Assembly: GCA_913045935.1 (NCBI GenBank)
Contig: CAJWSY010000003.1
Span: 979 to 64,978, forward strand
Direction of reading: 5' to 3'
Length of the DNA: 64,000 nt
Source of the DNA: an uncultured Chloroflexota bacterium
GTDB lineage: Bacteria; Chloroflexota; Dehalococcoidia; Lucifugimonadales; GCA-002694895
In this document: positions 29,439-38,248 of the stretch, piece after piece
How the letters are laid out: the number at the start of each line of letters is the position of its first letter
Numbering within the stretch: position 1 is the first letter of the stretch
Notes under the pieces: generated by a model
What the model was told of the DNA's origin: nothing
The model's database searches: none
Seen by the model: the letters and a program-made list of their open reading frames with translations, nothing else
Translations under genes and position numbers: made by a program

Positions 29439-30590
29439 TTATTTATCTTTATTTTTTGTTGCTCTTGATTGCTCTAAAATTGGAATCAGTTTATCAATTG
29501 GGATTGCATATCTTGTGTTACCATTTATGCCCGTAACTGTTTCTGCTTTTAATATTGAATTTATTATTGATTCATTCGTAGTTTCTATAACACCTCTAAA
29601 AAGATTATTCAGATTATCCTCAGTTAATTGAATATGATCATATTTTGAATTTTTATTTTTACTTTTATTATATTCAGCATTTGAAAATGCTATTACAAAA
29701 TCTCCACTTCCATGGCTAGCAATTCCACCTGAAAGTCCTAATCCTAATCCCACTCTTTTTGCTAATCGGTTAAGTTGTCTGCTCGATAAAGGCGCATCAG
29801 TAGCAATTATTATCATTATAGACCCTGGAGGTTCATCAGATTTACTCTGATTTGGGTTATATTCATCAGTTTCAAAATTAGGTGGTAATATGTGTCTACC
29901 AACAGGTATTCCGTCTAACCTTAAGTCTCTTGGATCTCCTGTATTTGTTAAAGTTAAACATCCAATTGTATATTCACCTTCAGGTGTATTTGTGATTCTT
30001 GAAGATGTTCCTATACCTCCTTTCCAACCAAACCCTGTCATTCCTACCCCGGCTCCTACTACACCTTCTGAAAATTCGTTTTCACTTGCATGATCTATAG
30101 CATTAATTACATGAGATTTTTGTATGTGTCTACCAACGATGTCATTTAAAAATCCATCATTGCATTCTCCAACAACAGGGTTAAATGATCTGATTTCAGG
30201 GTTTTTTTCAGATAAATAATCTATTAAATAATTTGTTACTTTCCATGTACTTAATGTGCTTGTCAGAATTATTGGCGATTCAATCCGCCCTAACTCTTTG
30301 ATTTGAGGAATTCCAACTGTTTTCCCAAAACCATTGATTACATGAGAAGAAGCTTTCACTTTATATTTAAATATATTTTCATCATGAGGAAGAATCGCTG
30401 TAACACCAGTTCTTATTGGTCCTTTGCCTATTTTCAGATCTCCGCTACCTTCAATTATTGTTGAATGTCCAACTTTAACACCAGGCACATCAGTGATTGA
30501 GTTTAATTTACCCTTGGGTAATATTCCCATTTCTAATCCAAGATCTTTACTCCTTGGTCGATTATTATTTGATATCATTTGATACTCCAT
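29439..30590 (-). CDS. DmpA/peptidase S58 family aminopeptidase (Ntn hydrolase)
   Basis: 383 aa. Motifs are GVTAILP, IIATDAPLS and HGSGDFVIAFS. Confidence 0.8.
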   Translation of the reverse strand: MEYQMISNNNRPRSKDLGLEMGILPKGKLNSITDVPGVKVGHSTIIEGSGDLKIGKGPIRTGVTAILPHDENIFKYKVKASSHVINGFGKTVGIPQIKELGRIESPIILTSTLSTWKVTNYLIDYLSEKNPEIRSFNPVVGECNDGFLNDIVGRHIQKSHVINAIDHASENEFSEGVVGAGVGMTGFGWKGGIGTSSRITNTPEGEYTIGCLTLTNTGDPRDLRLDGIPVGRHILPPNFETDEYNPNQSKSDEPPGSIMIIIATDAPLSSRQLNRLAKRVGLGLGLSGGIASHGSGDFVIAFSNAEYNKSKNKNSKYDHIQLTEDNLNNLFRGVIETTNESIINSILKAETVTGINGNTRYAIPIDKLIPILEQSRATKNKDK

Positions 30591-30653
30591 GAAAACAAAA
30601 TTATTTATTGATATTCTTACATAATTTTAAGCTATAGTCGATTATTATAGTAA

Positions 30654-31388
30654 ATGTTTAAATTTAAATTGATTAAATGTATGTTATGGTTTGAAAATTG
30701 TGATTCAACTATGGATATTTGCCATAGATTTGCCAGTTTTTATGATAAAGATTTATTGATAGGATCTTCAAGGCAATTATCGGGCAGAGGGACAAAAAAC
30801 CGAGTTTGGGAATCTCCCAAAGGTAATTTGTATCTGTCTTTTTTATTATTTCCACGAAAGAGGCAAGTTCATACTCTTCACATGATTGCAGCATTGTCTG
30901 TGATAGAGTTTTTAAATATAAACAAATTAAAATCTACTATTAAATGGCCAAATGATATTATGATTAACGGAGAGAAAATTTCAGGAATTTTGCAAGAAAA
31001 TGTTTATAAAAATCAATCTATTCAGTATTCAATCTTAGGAATTGGCTTAAATTTAAACATGGATCAAAAGTTAAATATAGATGTCCCTCATACATCTGTG
31101 AAATTAATAACTTCTAATGTTATTGATGAAAAAAAATCAGGAAATAAAATTTCAAGTTTGTTTTCTAAATTTTATTTGTCAAAACTCTCTGATAATCAAA
31201 TTTCAAACTTATGGAAAAAAGAAATTGATACTATTTCAAAGGAAGCTCAAGTTCTCTTATTAGATGGCACAGAACTAAAAGGTAAAGTGTTATGCGTAGA
31301 TAATAACGGAGATCTAGTTTTAAAAACAAAAAATGATAATCAAATCATTAAAGCGGGAATGGTAAAAAAATTAACTATTAGTAAGTAG
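30654..31388 (+). CDS. birA: Biotin--[acetyl-CoA-carboxylase] ligase (no HTH domain)
   Basis: 244 aa. The biotin-binding loop reads GRGTKNRVWESPKGNLYLS, and KWPNDI is present. There is no N-terminal DNA-binding domain. Confidence 0.85.
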   Translation: MFKFKLIKCMLWFENCDSTMDICHRFASFYDKDLLIGSSRQLSGRGTKNRVWESPKGNLYLSFLLFPRKRQVHTLHMIAALSVIEFLNINKLKSTIKWPNDIMINGEKISGILQENVYKNQSIQYSILGIGLNLNMDQKLNIDVPHTSVKLITSNVIDEKKSGNKISSLFSKFYLSKLSDNQISNLWKKEIDTISKEAQVLLLDGTELKGKVLCVDNNGDLVLKTKNDNQIIKAGMVKKLTISK

Positions 31389-32121
31389 CTCGTCCTCCAC
31401 TAATGTCAAACACAGCGCCTGTTGAAAATGAGCATTTTTCCGAACTTAGCCATGATACCATATTGGCCACTTCTTCTATTTCCCCCGTACGCCCAATAGG
31501 GATTTTTTCAATCATATAATTTATATGTTCTTCTGTAAATTCATCAAGAATTGAGGTATTTACTACTGCAGGAGTAATGCAATTTACTCGTATTTCTGTT
31601 TTTGATAATTCTTTTCCTAAAGATTTAGTTAATCCTATAACTCCAGCTTTTGTTGCCGAATACGCTGATGCATTAGGATTCCCCTCCTTTCCGGCTATTG
31701 AAGCAATATTAACAATCCTTCCGTAATTGTTTTTTAACATTAACGGGACTGCGTATTTGCAAAACAAAAACACACTTTTTAGATTTATTGAATATACCCG
31801 ATCAAATTCTTCAGATGGTAATTCCCATAAAGTTTTATTTATTCCACCGATCCCTGCATTATTGACTAAAATATCTAAACCTGTAAATTTTGTTTCAACA
31901 ATGTTCATAACACTTTTTGCTGTGCTTTCTTGAGATACATCTCCTATTATAATTTCAACGGTGTTTCCATATTCTTTCAATTCTTCTTGGGTGGTTTTAA
32001 CTTTTTCATCTATATCAACAAGAATAAGATTGGATCCGTTTTTTGCAAATTCTTTTGCAATTCCTTTTCCTAATCCTTGATATGAACCAGTTACTATTGC
32101 TAATTTATTTTCGAAACTCAT
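31378..32121 (-). CDS. Short-chain dehydrogenase/reductase (FabG-like)
   Basis: Motifs are KLAIVTGSYQGLGKG, NNAG and YSATK. I use the ATG at 32121 (MSFENKLAIVTG). The ORF-track start at 32163 is a TTG that adds 14 residues and overlaps an upstream small ORF. Confidence 0.85.
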   Translation of the reverse strand: MSFENKLAIVTGSYQGLGKGIAKEFAKNGSNLILVDIDEKVKTTQEELKEYGNTVEIIIGDVSQESTAKSVMNIVETKFTGLDILVNNAGIGGINKTLWELPSEEFDRVYSINLKSVFLFCKYAVPLMLKNNYGRIVNIASIAGKEGNPNASAYSATKAGVIGLTKSLGKELSKTEIRVNCITPAVVNTSILDEFTEEHINYMIEKIPIGRTGEIEEVANMVSWLSSEKCSFSTGAVFDISGGRATY

Positions 32122-32122
32122 T

Positions 32123-32302
32123 TTAATGTAAAGGGCAAATAAAAATTGCAGATTTTTGTACAAAAGATAATTGTTCTTCAGTAAGATTTTGATTTTCCAT
32201 AGATTTGGAAGCAGCTTGTGCTAAACTCCATGAACCTAATAGTAAGACTGAAGTAAATAATATAACCCAAATAAACAAAAAGGTAATATTTGATTTCAAC
32301 AT
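32123..32302 (-). CDS. Hypothetical small secreted/membrane peptide (59 aa), below the ORF-track length cutoff
   Basis: Hand translation gives MLKSNITFLFIWVILFTSVLLLGSWSLAQAASKSMENQNLTEEQLSFVQKSAIFICPLH. The N-terminus is signal-peptide-like with an AQA-A site. Its TAA stop lies 1 nt before the ATG of the SDR gene, which suggests translational coupling. Confidence 0.3.
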   Translation of the reverse strand: MLKSNITFLFIWVILFTSVLLLGSWSLAQAASKSMENQNLTEEQLSFVQKSAIFICPLH

Positions 32303-32442
32303 GTACTTAAACTGTTTTTATAATTATATCCATTATAACTTGATTTTAAAATAAAAACTTTTAAAAGAAATTTAATTGTTTTTTTATTAGAATTATTTTC
32401 TGTTAGATTGTACAATAACAATCATTAATTATTATCAGAATC

Positions 32443-32958
32443 ATGAAATCTTTTTTTATATTTTTAACACTATTTATTTGCTTGATTGCTTGTTCTTCAC
32501 AAGAAATAACTACATCGACACAAAATAATCAAACAAGTGAACCCGAAGTAATTTCTTCTGCTTTTTCTTTTGTTTTCGATTCAGGACGTGAACTATCTGA
32601 TAAGACAATTAAAGATTCAGGGATGTCTCATTTCCTGTATTTTTTCACCCCCACCTGAGGTCATTGTATTTCTGAGTTGCAGAAAATAGTTTCAAAATCT
32701 GACGAATTATCTAATACAAAATTTGTAGCAATATCTATTGATCCTTCAATGAAAGAAAGTGAATTTCAGAAATTTAGAGATAAAAATAACCTTAGTGAAT
32801 TAGATATGCTTCCATATAATAAAGAAATGATTTTATTTTTTGAAATTAGCATGAGAGGTTCCAAACGAATTTTAAATCAAAATTCTAATTTGATTTACTC
32901 AGGAAATATGTCAGATTACGAATTTGACTTGTGGAAGGAATTATTAAATGAACAATAA
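32443..32958 (+). CDS. Thioredoxin-fold (TlpA/ResA/redoxin-like) lipoprotein with in-frame UGA; candidate selenoprotein with a UGHC redox motif
   Basis: ORF-track fragments 32443-32658 and 32677-32958 are in the same frame, separated only by TGA (32656-32658) plus 6 sense codons. The joined text reads ...SHFLYFFTPT-U-GHCISELQKIV...KFVAISIDPS..., matching the FWAxWCxxC...V.vs.D layout of TlpA-like redoxins with the TGA at the first Cys position. The N-terminus is a lipoprotein signal (LIACSS). The second fragment has no ATG of its own, only an internal TTG. A hairpin follows the TGA. Confidence 0.75.
32663..32690 (+). promoter_or_regulatory. Candidate bacterial SECIS stem-loop downstream of the in-frame UGA
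   Basis: The upper stem TTTCTG (32669-32674) pairs with CAGAAA (32680-32685) around the loop AGTTG. This is a 17-nt element beginning 11 nt after the TGA codon. The lower stem ATTGT (32663-32667) pairs with ATAGT (32686-32690), including two G-U pairs, and A32668 is bulged. Confidence 0.5.
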
Positions 32959-33418
32959 TCAGAACATAAATAATTCAATTGTTATATCAGCTGATCATGG
33001 TGGTTATGATTTAAAAGAAGAACTAAAGCTTTTTATATCTGAAAATTATCCAGAAATGACAATTATCGATGCTGGTGCTTATCAGTATGACTCTGAAGAT
33101 GATTTTCCTGATATGACTAAAAATCTAACTGACGTAATACATAAAGGTGATGCAATGCGCGGGATTGCAATATGTGGGTCAGGCGTGGGAGCATCAATTG
33201 TGGCTAATAAAAACCCAGGAATTAGAGCAGCCGTTTGTCATGATGTTTATAGTGCTGCTCAAGGTGTAGAGCATAATAATATGAATGTTTTGTGCATGGG
33301 TGGGAGAGTTATTGACATTGACTCAGCTAAGCAAATTGTAAAAAGTTTCTTGAATGCAAATTTTATTGAAGAACCCAAGTATGTAAGAAGGCTAAATAAA
33401 ATTAATAAACTGGATTAA
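32948..33418 (+). CDS. rpiB: Ribose-5-phosphate isomerase B
   Basis: 156 aa. Motifs are ISADHGGYDLKEEL and GIAICGSGVGASIVANK. Its start overlaps the end of the selenoprotein candidate by 11 nt. Confidence 0.9.
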   Translation: MNNNQNINNSIVISADHGGYDLKEELKLFISENYPEMTIIDAGAYQYDSEDDFPDMTKNLTDVIHKGDAMRGIAICGSGVGASIVANKNPGIRAAVCHDVYSAAQGVEHNNMNVLCMGGRVIDIDSAKQIVKSFLNANFIEEPKYVRRLNKINKLD

Positions 33419-34171
33419 TCCTTCATATATCAATCTCATTGCAAGAATTGTCAATATAAAATAAAAAACTCTTCCAAATATTTTTTCATTTATATTTGTT
33501 AATATTTTTTTGCCTGTCCAAGTCCCAAATATTCCAAATATAATCATTGTGATGATCAGATATATATATTCTGAAAAAGAAAACCCAAGGAAAATAAAAA
33601 CAATTATTTTTATTCCATGCTTCCAAGTCATAAATGCTGCTTGTGTAGCTACAGTTGATTGTCTGTTCTTGGTAAATGATTTGATAAATGGTGCCATAAT
33701 TGGGCCTGATGCACCAATGAACATTGTTAGAAATGATGATATCAAACCAACTAGACCAATGCTTTTATTAGATATTTTGATGTTTCTAGATTGAGGTACG
33801 TATATTGAATATAAAATAAATATTCCAATTAAGGATTGAATAATGTGCTTAGGTAAATCAATTAATATAATTCCAGCAATAGAAACTCCAATTAACGAAC
33901 CAAATATAAATGGAGTAAAGTATTTCAAATCAATATGTTCACGGAGCATTACCGCTCTTGTGGAATTAGAACTTATTTGTATTACAGCATGAACGGGAAC
34001 AATAGCTAGTGGATTTAAAATATTTACCATAATTAGAATTAAAAGCGCTCCTCCTCCGAGTCCAAATGAAGCTGTAATAGTTGATGTGATGTAACTACTT
34101 AAACAAAGTATTAGAAATTCCCATACTGTGAAATTATTTGTGGTTGTGATAAAAGAGATTATTTCAGGCAT
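33392..34171 (-). CDS. TauE/SafE (DUF81) family anion exporter-like membrane protein
   Basis: 259 aa with about 8 hydrophobic helices and the internally duplicated 4-TM pattern typical of DUF81. Confidence 0.75.
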   Translation of the reverse strand: MPEIISFITTTNNFTVWEFLILCLSSYITSTITASFGLGGGALLILIMVNILNPLAIVPVHAVIQISSNSTRAVMLREHIDLKYFTPFIFGSLIGVSIAGIILIDLPKHIIQSLIGIFILYSIYVPQSRNIKISNKSIGLVGLISSFLTMFIGASGPIMAPFIKSFTKNRQSTVATQAAFMTWKHGIKIIVFIFLGFSFSEYIYLIITMIIFGIFGTWTGKKILTNINEKIFGRVFYFILTILAMRLIYEGLIQFINFI

Positions 34172-34317
34172 AAATTAATTTTGTACTAAGATTGAATTTA
34201 GTATAATTCCAATTAGAAAAATATATTTTAGAATAATAGCATATATATTAAGTGCATTTTACAATATAACCAATTAGTATTATTTAAAATCATTTTTATA
34301 CGTGAGGTATATAATAA

Positions 34318-36966
34318 TTGAATAGCGAAGAGATTAGAGAAAGTTTTTTAAATTATTTTGAGTCTAAAAATCATTTGAGGTACCCAAGTTCTTCTTTGAT
34401 TCCTGTAGGTGATCCTACTTTGCTACTAACTAACGCTGGAATGGTTCAATTTAAATCATATTTTTCAGGAGACGAAAAACCTCCGTCAGATATTCTTACA
34501 ACTTCACAAAAATGTTTTAGAACAGTTGATATTGATGAAGTTGGTGATTCAACTCATCTTACATTTTTTGAAATGTTAGGAAATTTTAGTATTGGAAAAT
34601 ATTTTAAACAAGATGCAATTAAGTATTCTATAGATTATCTTACCAATATCTTAAAATTAGATATCAAACGATTATATATAACCATTCACGATTCAGATGA
34701 TGAATCTTCAGTATTTTGGAATGAAGTAGGGATCCCTGATGAAAGAATATATAAATTTGGATCTGAGGATAATTGGTGGGGACCTGCAGGATCTGAAGGA
34801 CCATGTGGCCCATGCTCAGAGTTGCACTATGATTTTGGGGATGATGTGCCACAATGCGGTTTAGATTCATGTGGGCCCAATTGTGATGTTGTGATAAATA
34901 AAAATGGAGATACATGTGAGAGAGTTATTGAATTATGGAATTTAGTATTTATGCAATTTTATCAAGATCAATCAGGTAATAGAAAATTACTACCTGCTCC
35001 AAGTGTTGATACAGGTATGGGGTTTGAAAGATTAGCAGTCATTATGCAAAAAGTAAGAAGCATATATGATACTGATTTATTTATGCCCATTATCAAATTA
35101 ATTGAGCAACAAAGCGAAAAAAAATATAAAAATAATGAATCTGATGATGTTGCATTTCGAATAGTATCAGAGCATATGAGAAGTTCTACATTCTTGATTG
35201 GTGATGGTGTTATTCCAGGAAACGAAGGTAGATCATATGTTTTACGCAGAATTTTAAGAAGGGCTATAAGATATTCAGACAAATTAAATATTGACTCAAA
35301 TACATTGTTGGATATTTCGAAATATATTATTGAAAACATGAATAAGTGGTACCCAGAATTGAAAGTTAATGAAGAATTTATTTATTCTGTCATACAGCAA
35401 GAGCAAGAAAAATTTTCTTTAGTGTTTCAAAGAGGCTTAAACGAATTACAAAGTTTTTTTGATAATAATGAAGGCGAAGACATAAATGCAAAATTACTAT
35501 TTAAATTATGGGACACTTTTGGTTTTCCTGTAGAATTGACATCTGAGATTGCAACTGAAAATGGTGTTGATATAGATTTAAATGGTTTTAACTCTTTAAT
35601 GGATACACAAAAAAAAAGATCCAGAGAATCTTCTAGATTTGAAACCTCTACATCAAAAATCGATGAATATAAAAAAATAAAAATTTCTCAAATTAATTTT
35701 GTAGGATATGATCTTCTAAATAAAAAGAGTACTGTAGTTGGTATTATTGAAAATGATAAATTTGTGAACAACACTACCCAAAATGGTAAAAACCTTGAAA
35801 TTATTACTGACTCTACAACTTTCTATCCTGAAGGCGGCGGCCAGATAGGAGATTCAGGATTAATATTTAATGATAATTTTAAATTTGAAGTCCAAGACAC
35901 TCAAGAAGTTATAAAAGGAATAATCACGCATATAGGTGTGTTGAAATCAGGAAGCATATCTATAGGTGATAAAGTATTTAATAATGTAGATGAACAGAAC
36001 AGAAAAGATTCAGGTAGAAATCATACAGCAACCCATTTGCTGCATTCAGCCTTAAGAAAAAGATTGGGTAATCATGTTAGACAAGCTGGTTCGTTAGTTG
36101 AACCTGATCGATTAAGATTTGATTTTAGTCATCCAAAAGCTTTATCAAAAGCAGAAATTTCAGACGTACAAAGCCTTGTTTCCAATCAAATAAACTTAGA
36201 TTCTTCTATAAGAAAATCCGAGGATAAATATAATGATGCAATTAAAAGAGGTGCACTAGCTTTTTTTGGTGACAGATACGATCAAACAGTTAGATTGATT
36301 GAAATAGGTGATGAGTCAACTTTTAGCTTTGAAGTATGCGGAGGAACCCATGTTAAGTCTACAGGTGAATTAGGACAGTTTATTATTGTGTCTGAATCAA
36401 GTATTGGTGCAGGTTTAAGGCGTATTGAAGCATATTCAGGACGAAGAGCAAAAGAATTTCTTGATTCAAAAATAGAGTCTTTGAATAATTTATCTAAACA
36501 ATTGAATTGTAAACCAGAAGATATAAAAGAAAAAATTGAATTTTTATCTAAAAATTTAGATTTATATTCTGAAAAAATAGATTATTCAAAAACTAAAATC
36601 ATTAACATGATGGCAAAAGAAATTTCTGACAAATCAGTTGACCAAAACGAAATTAAAATAGTTTCAAATGTTGTTAATTTGGAACCAGCTATGCTAAAAG
36701 AATTATCCGACAAAATTCAAGATTATATTCCAGATTCTTTAATTATTTTAGGAACACCTACAACGAAAGGTCCAGTAGTAATTGTTAAATCAACAAAGAA
36801 AGCCTTAATGCTCGGCTACGATGCTAGAGAAATTGTAAAAATGATTTCTGAAATAATTAATGGTCGTGGCGGAGGAAAACCTGAGATGGCACAAGCTGGG
36901 GGTGATGATAATACTAAATTAATTAACATAGAAAATATTGATTTAGCGTACCTTATTAAAGATTAA
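34318..36966 (+). CDS. alaS: Alanine--tRNA ligase
   Basis: 882 aa with a TTG start. Motifs are FFEMLGNFSIGKYFK and the editing-domain HTATHLLH and CGGTHV. Confidence 0.97.
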   Translation: MNSEEIRESFLNYFESKNHLRYPSSSLIPVGDPTLLLTNAGMVQFKSYFSGDEKPPSDILTTSQKCFRTVDIDEVGDSTHLTFFEMLGNFSIGKYFKQDAIKYSIDYLTNILKLDIKRLYITIHDSDDESSVFWNEVGIPDERIYKFGSEDNWWGPAGSEGPCGPCSELHYDFGDDVPQCGLDSCGPNCDVVINKNGDTCERVIELWNLVFMQFYQDQSGNRKLLPAPSVDTGMGFERLAVIMQKVRSIYDTDLFMPIIKLIEQQSEKKYKNNESDDVAFRIVSEHMRSSTFLIGDGVIPGNEGRSYVLRRILRRAIRYSDKLNIDSNTLLDISKYIIENMNKWYPELKVNEEFIYSVIQQEQEKFSLVFQRGLNELQSFFDNNEGEDINAKLLFKLWDTFGFPVELTSEIATENGVDIDLNGFNSLMDTQKKRSRESSRFETSTSKIDEYKKIKISQINFVGYDLLNKKSTVVGIIENDKFVNNTTQNGKNLEIITDSTTFYPEGGGQIGDSGLIFNDNFKFEVQDTQEVIKGIITHIGVLKSGSISIGDKVFNNVDEQNRKDSGRNHTATHLLHSALRKRLGNHVRQAGSLVEPDRLRFDFSHPKALSKAEISDVQSLVSNQINLDSSIRKSEDKYNDAIKRGALAFFGDRYDQTVRLIEIGDESTFSFEVCGGTHVKSTGELGQFIIVSESSIGAGLRRIEAYSGRRAKEFLDSKIESLNNLSKQLNCKPEDIKEKIEFLSKNLDLYSEKIDYSKTKIINMMAKEISDKSVDQNEIKIVSNVVNLEPAMLKELSDKIQDYIPDSLIILGTPTTKGPVVIVKSTKKALMLGYDAREIVKMISEIINGRGGGKPEMAQAGGDDNTKLINIENIDLAYLIKD

Positions 36967-36967
36967 A

Positions 36968-37390
36968 ATGAATATTCTTAGTATAGATCACGGAGATAAG
37001 CGTATTGGTTTTGCAATTGGTAATTCAATAAGAAAAATCTCAACTCCTTTAACCCAAATTACTAATTCATCTTTGGATTTTGTAATATCTCAAATCAAAT
37101 CTTTAATTATCCAATATGAAATTGAGCAAATTATTATTGGGATTCCTTTTAATGAAGATGGAGGAGACAGTTTACAGTCTCTAAAAGTAAGAGATTTTGC
37201 AAATATTATTAAAACAGAATTAAATTTAGTTGTCCTTGGAGTTGACGAAAGATTTAGTTCGATTGACTCAGAAAAATTATTAATTGATATAGATGTTTCA
37301 AGAAAAAAAAGAAAAAAAAGCTTAGATTCTCTATCTGCTTCAATTATATTGAAAAGATATTTTGATAATGAGGAATGTGTAAGATTATGA
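36968..37390 (+). CDS. ruvX: Putative pre-16S rRNA nuclease / Holliday junction resolvase-like YqgF
   Basis: 140 aa with LSIDHGDKRIGFAIG. It lies immediately after alaS, which is a conserved synteny. Confidence 0.85.
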   Translation: MNILSIDHGDKRIGFAIGNSIRKISTPLTQITNSSLDFVISQIKSLIIQYEIEQIIIGIPFNEDGGDSLQSLKVRDFANIIKTELNLVVLGVDERFSSIDSEKLLIDIDVSRKKRKKSLDSLSASIILKRYFDNEECVRL

Positions 37391-38244
37391 ATAATTCACA
37401 ATTAAAAAACATAGGCATTATAGGTTATCCTCTTGGACATTCTTTGTCTCCTGATATGCATAATTATATATATAAATCTTTAGCTATAAATGCTCTATAT
37501 AACAAATGGGAAGTTAGCGAATTAGATTTAAAAAACGAATTTACAAGAATCACAAATGAAAATTTTATTGGTGCTAATGTTACAGTTCCATATAAAGAAA
37601 AAATTATCCCGTTTTTAGATGAACTAGATAATGATTCAAAAATCACTGGTGCAGTTAACACAATATTGAAGCAAAACGGAAAATTGTTAGGATTTAATAC
37701 AGATATATATGGAATTAAAGAATGTTTAAATAAAAAATTTGCTGACAATGACATAGATAACGTAGTTTTATTGGGATCGGGTGGGGCGGCTAAAGCTGTG
37801 ATGTATGCATTATTACAAAGAGGATTAAAAAATGTTTCAATAATAAATAGAACGAAATTAAATACAAATCAAATGTTGGATAATTTTAAGAAATTCAAAT
37901 TTAACAGTGAGTATTTAGATTTTGACGATAAAGAAAAAATCAATCAAAAATGTATTGAATCAAATTTAATTGTTAATACAACAACTATTGGAATGAAAGG
38001 TTCAATGATGGAAGGATCTTCACCGTTAGACATTAAATCTATCAACAATAAAAATATTGTGTTTGATTTAGTATATAATCCAAGAATTACGAAACTTATA
38101 GAAATTGCCCATAACAAAAATGCAGAAATCATAGAAGGGATAGATATGTTGGTTTACCAAGCGATAAGAAGTATAGAAATATGGACTGATATCACTCCAT
38201 CTTTTGATATTATGAAAAATAAATGTTTAGAATTATTAAAATAA
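37375..38244 (+). CDS. aroE: Shikimate dehydrogenase
   Basis: 289 aa. Motifs are GIIGYPLGHSLSP, NVTVPYKE and LGSGGAAKA. Confidence 0.9.
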   Translation: MCKIMNNSQLKNIGIIGYPLGHSLSPDMHNYIYKSLAINALYNKWEVSELDLKNEFTRITNENFIGANVTVPYKEKIIPFLDELDNDSKITGAVNTILKQNGKLLGFNTDIYGIKECLNKKFADNDIDNVVLLGSGGAAKAVMYALLQRGLKNVSIINRTKLNTNQMLDNFKKFKFNSEYLDFDDKEKINQKCIESNLIVNTTTIGMKGSMMEGSSPLDIKSINNKNIVFDLVYNPRITKLIEIAHNKNAEIIEGIDMLVYQAIRSIEIWTDITPSFDIMKNKCLELLK

Positions 38245-38248
38245 AAAT

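Noticed and set aside
32656-32658. The possibility that TGA is reassigned genome-wide (translation table 4 or 25) rather than being a Sec codon.
   Set aside because: TGA terminates several well-defined genes at their expected C-termini in this window: argJ (13119-13121), argG, tsaD, the methyltransferase and ggt copy 2.
34172-34317. A possible T-box, riboswitch or leader in the 146-nt region upstream of alaS, and similar checks at 52213-52381 and 57623-57734.
   Set aside because: There are no GC-rich helices, conserved riboswitch cores or terminator-antiterminator pairs. The sequence is uniformly AT-rich.
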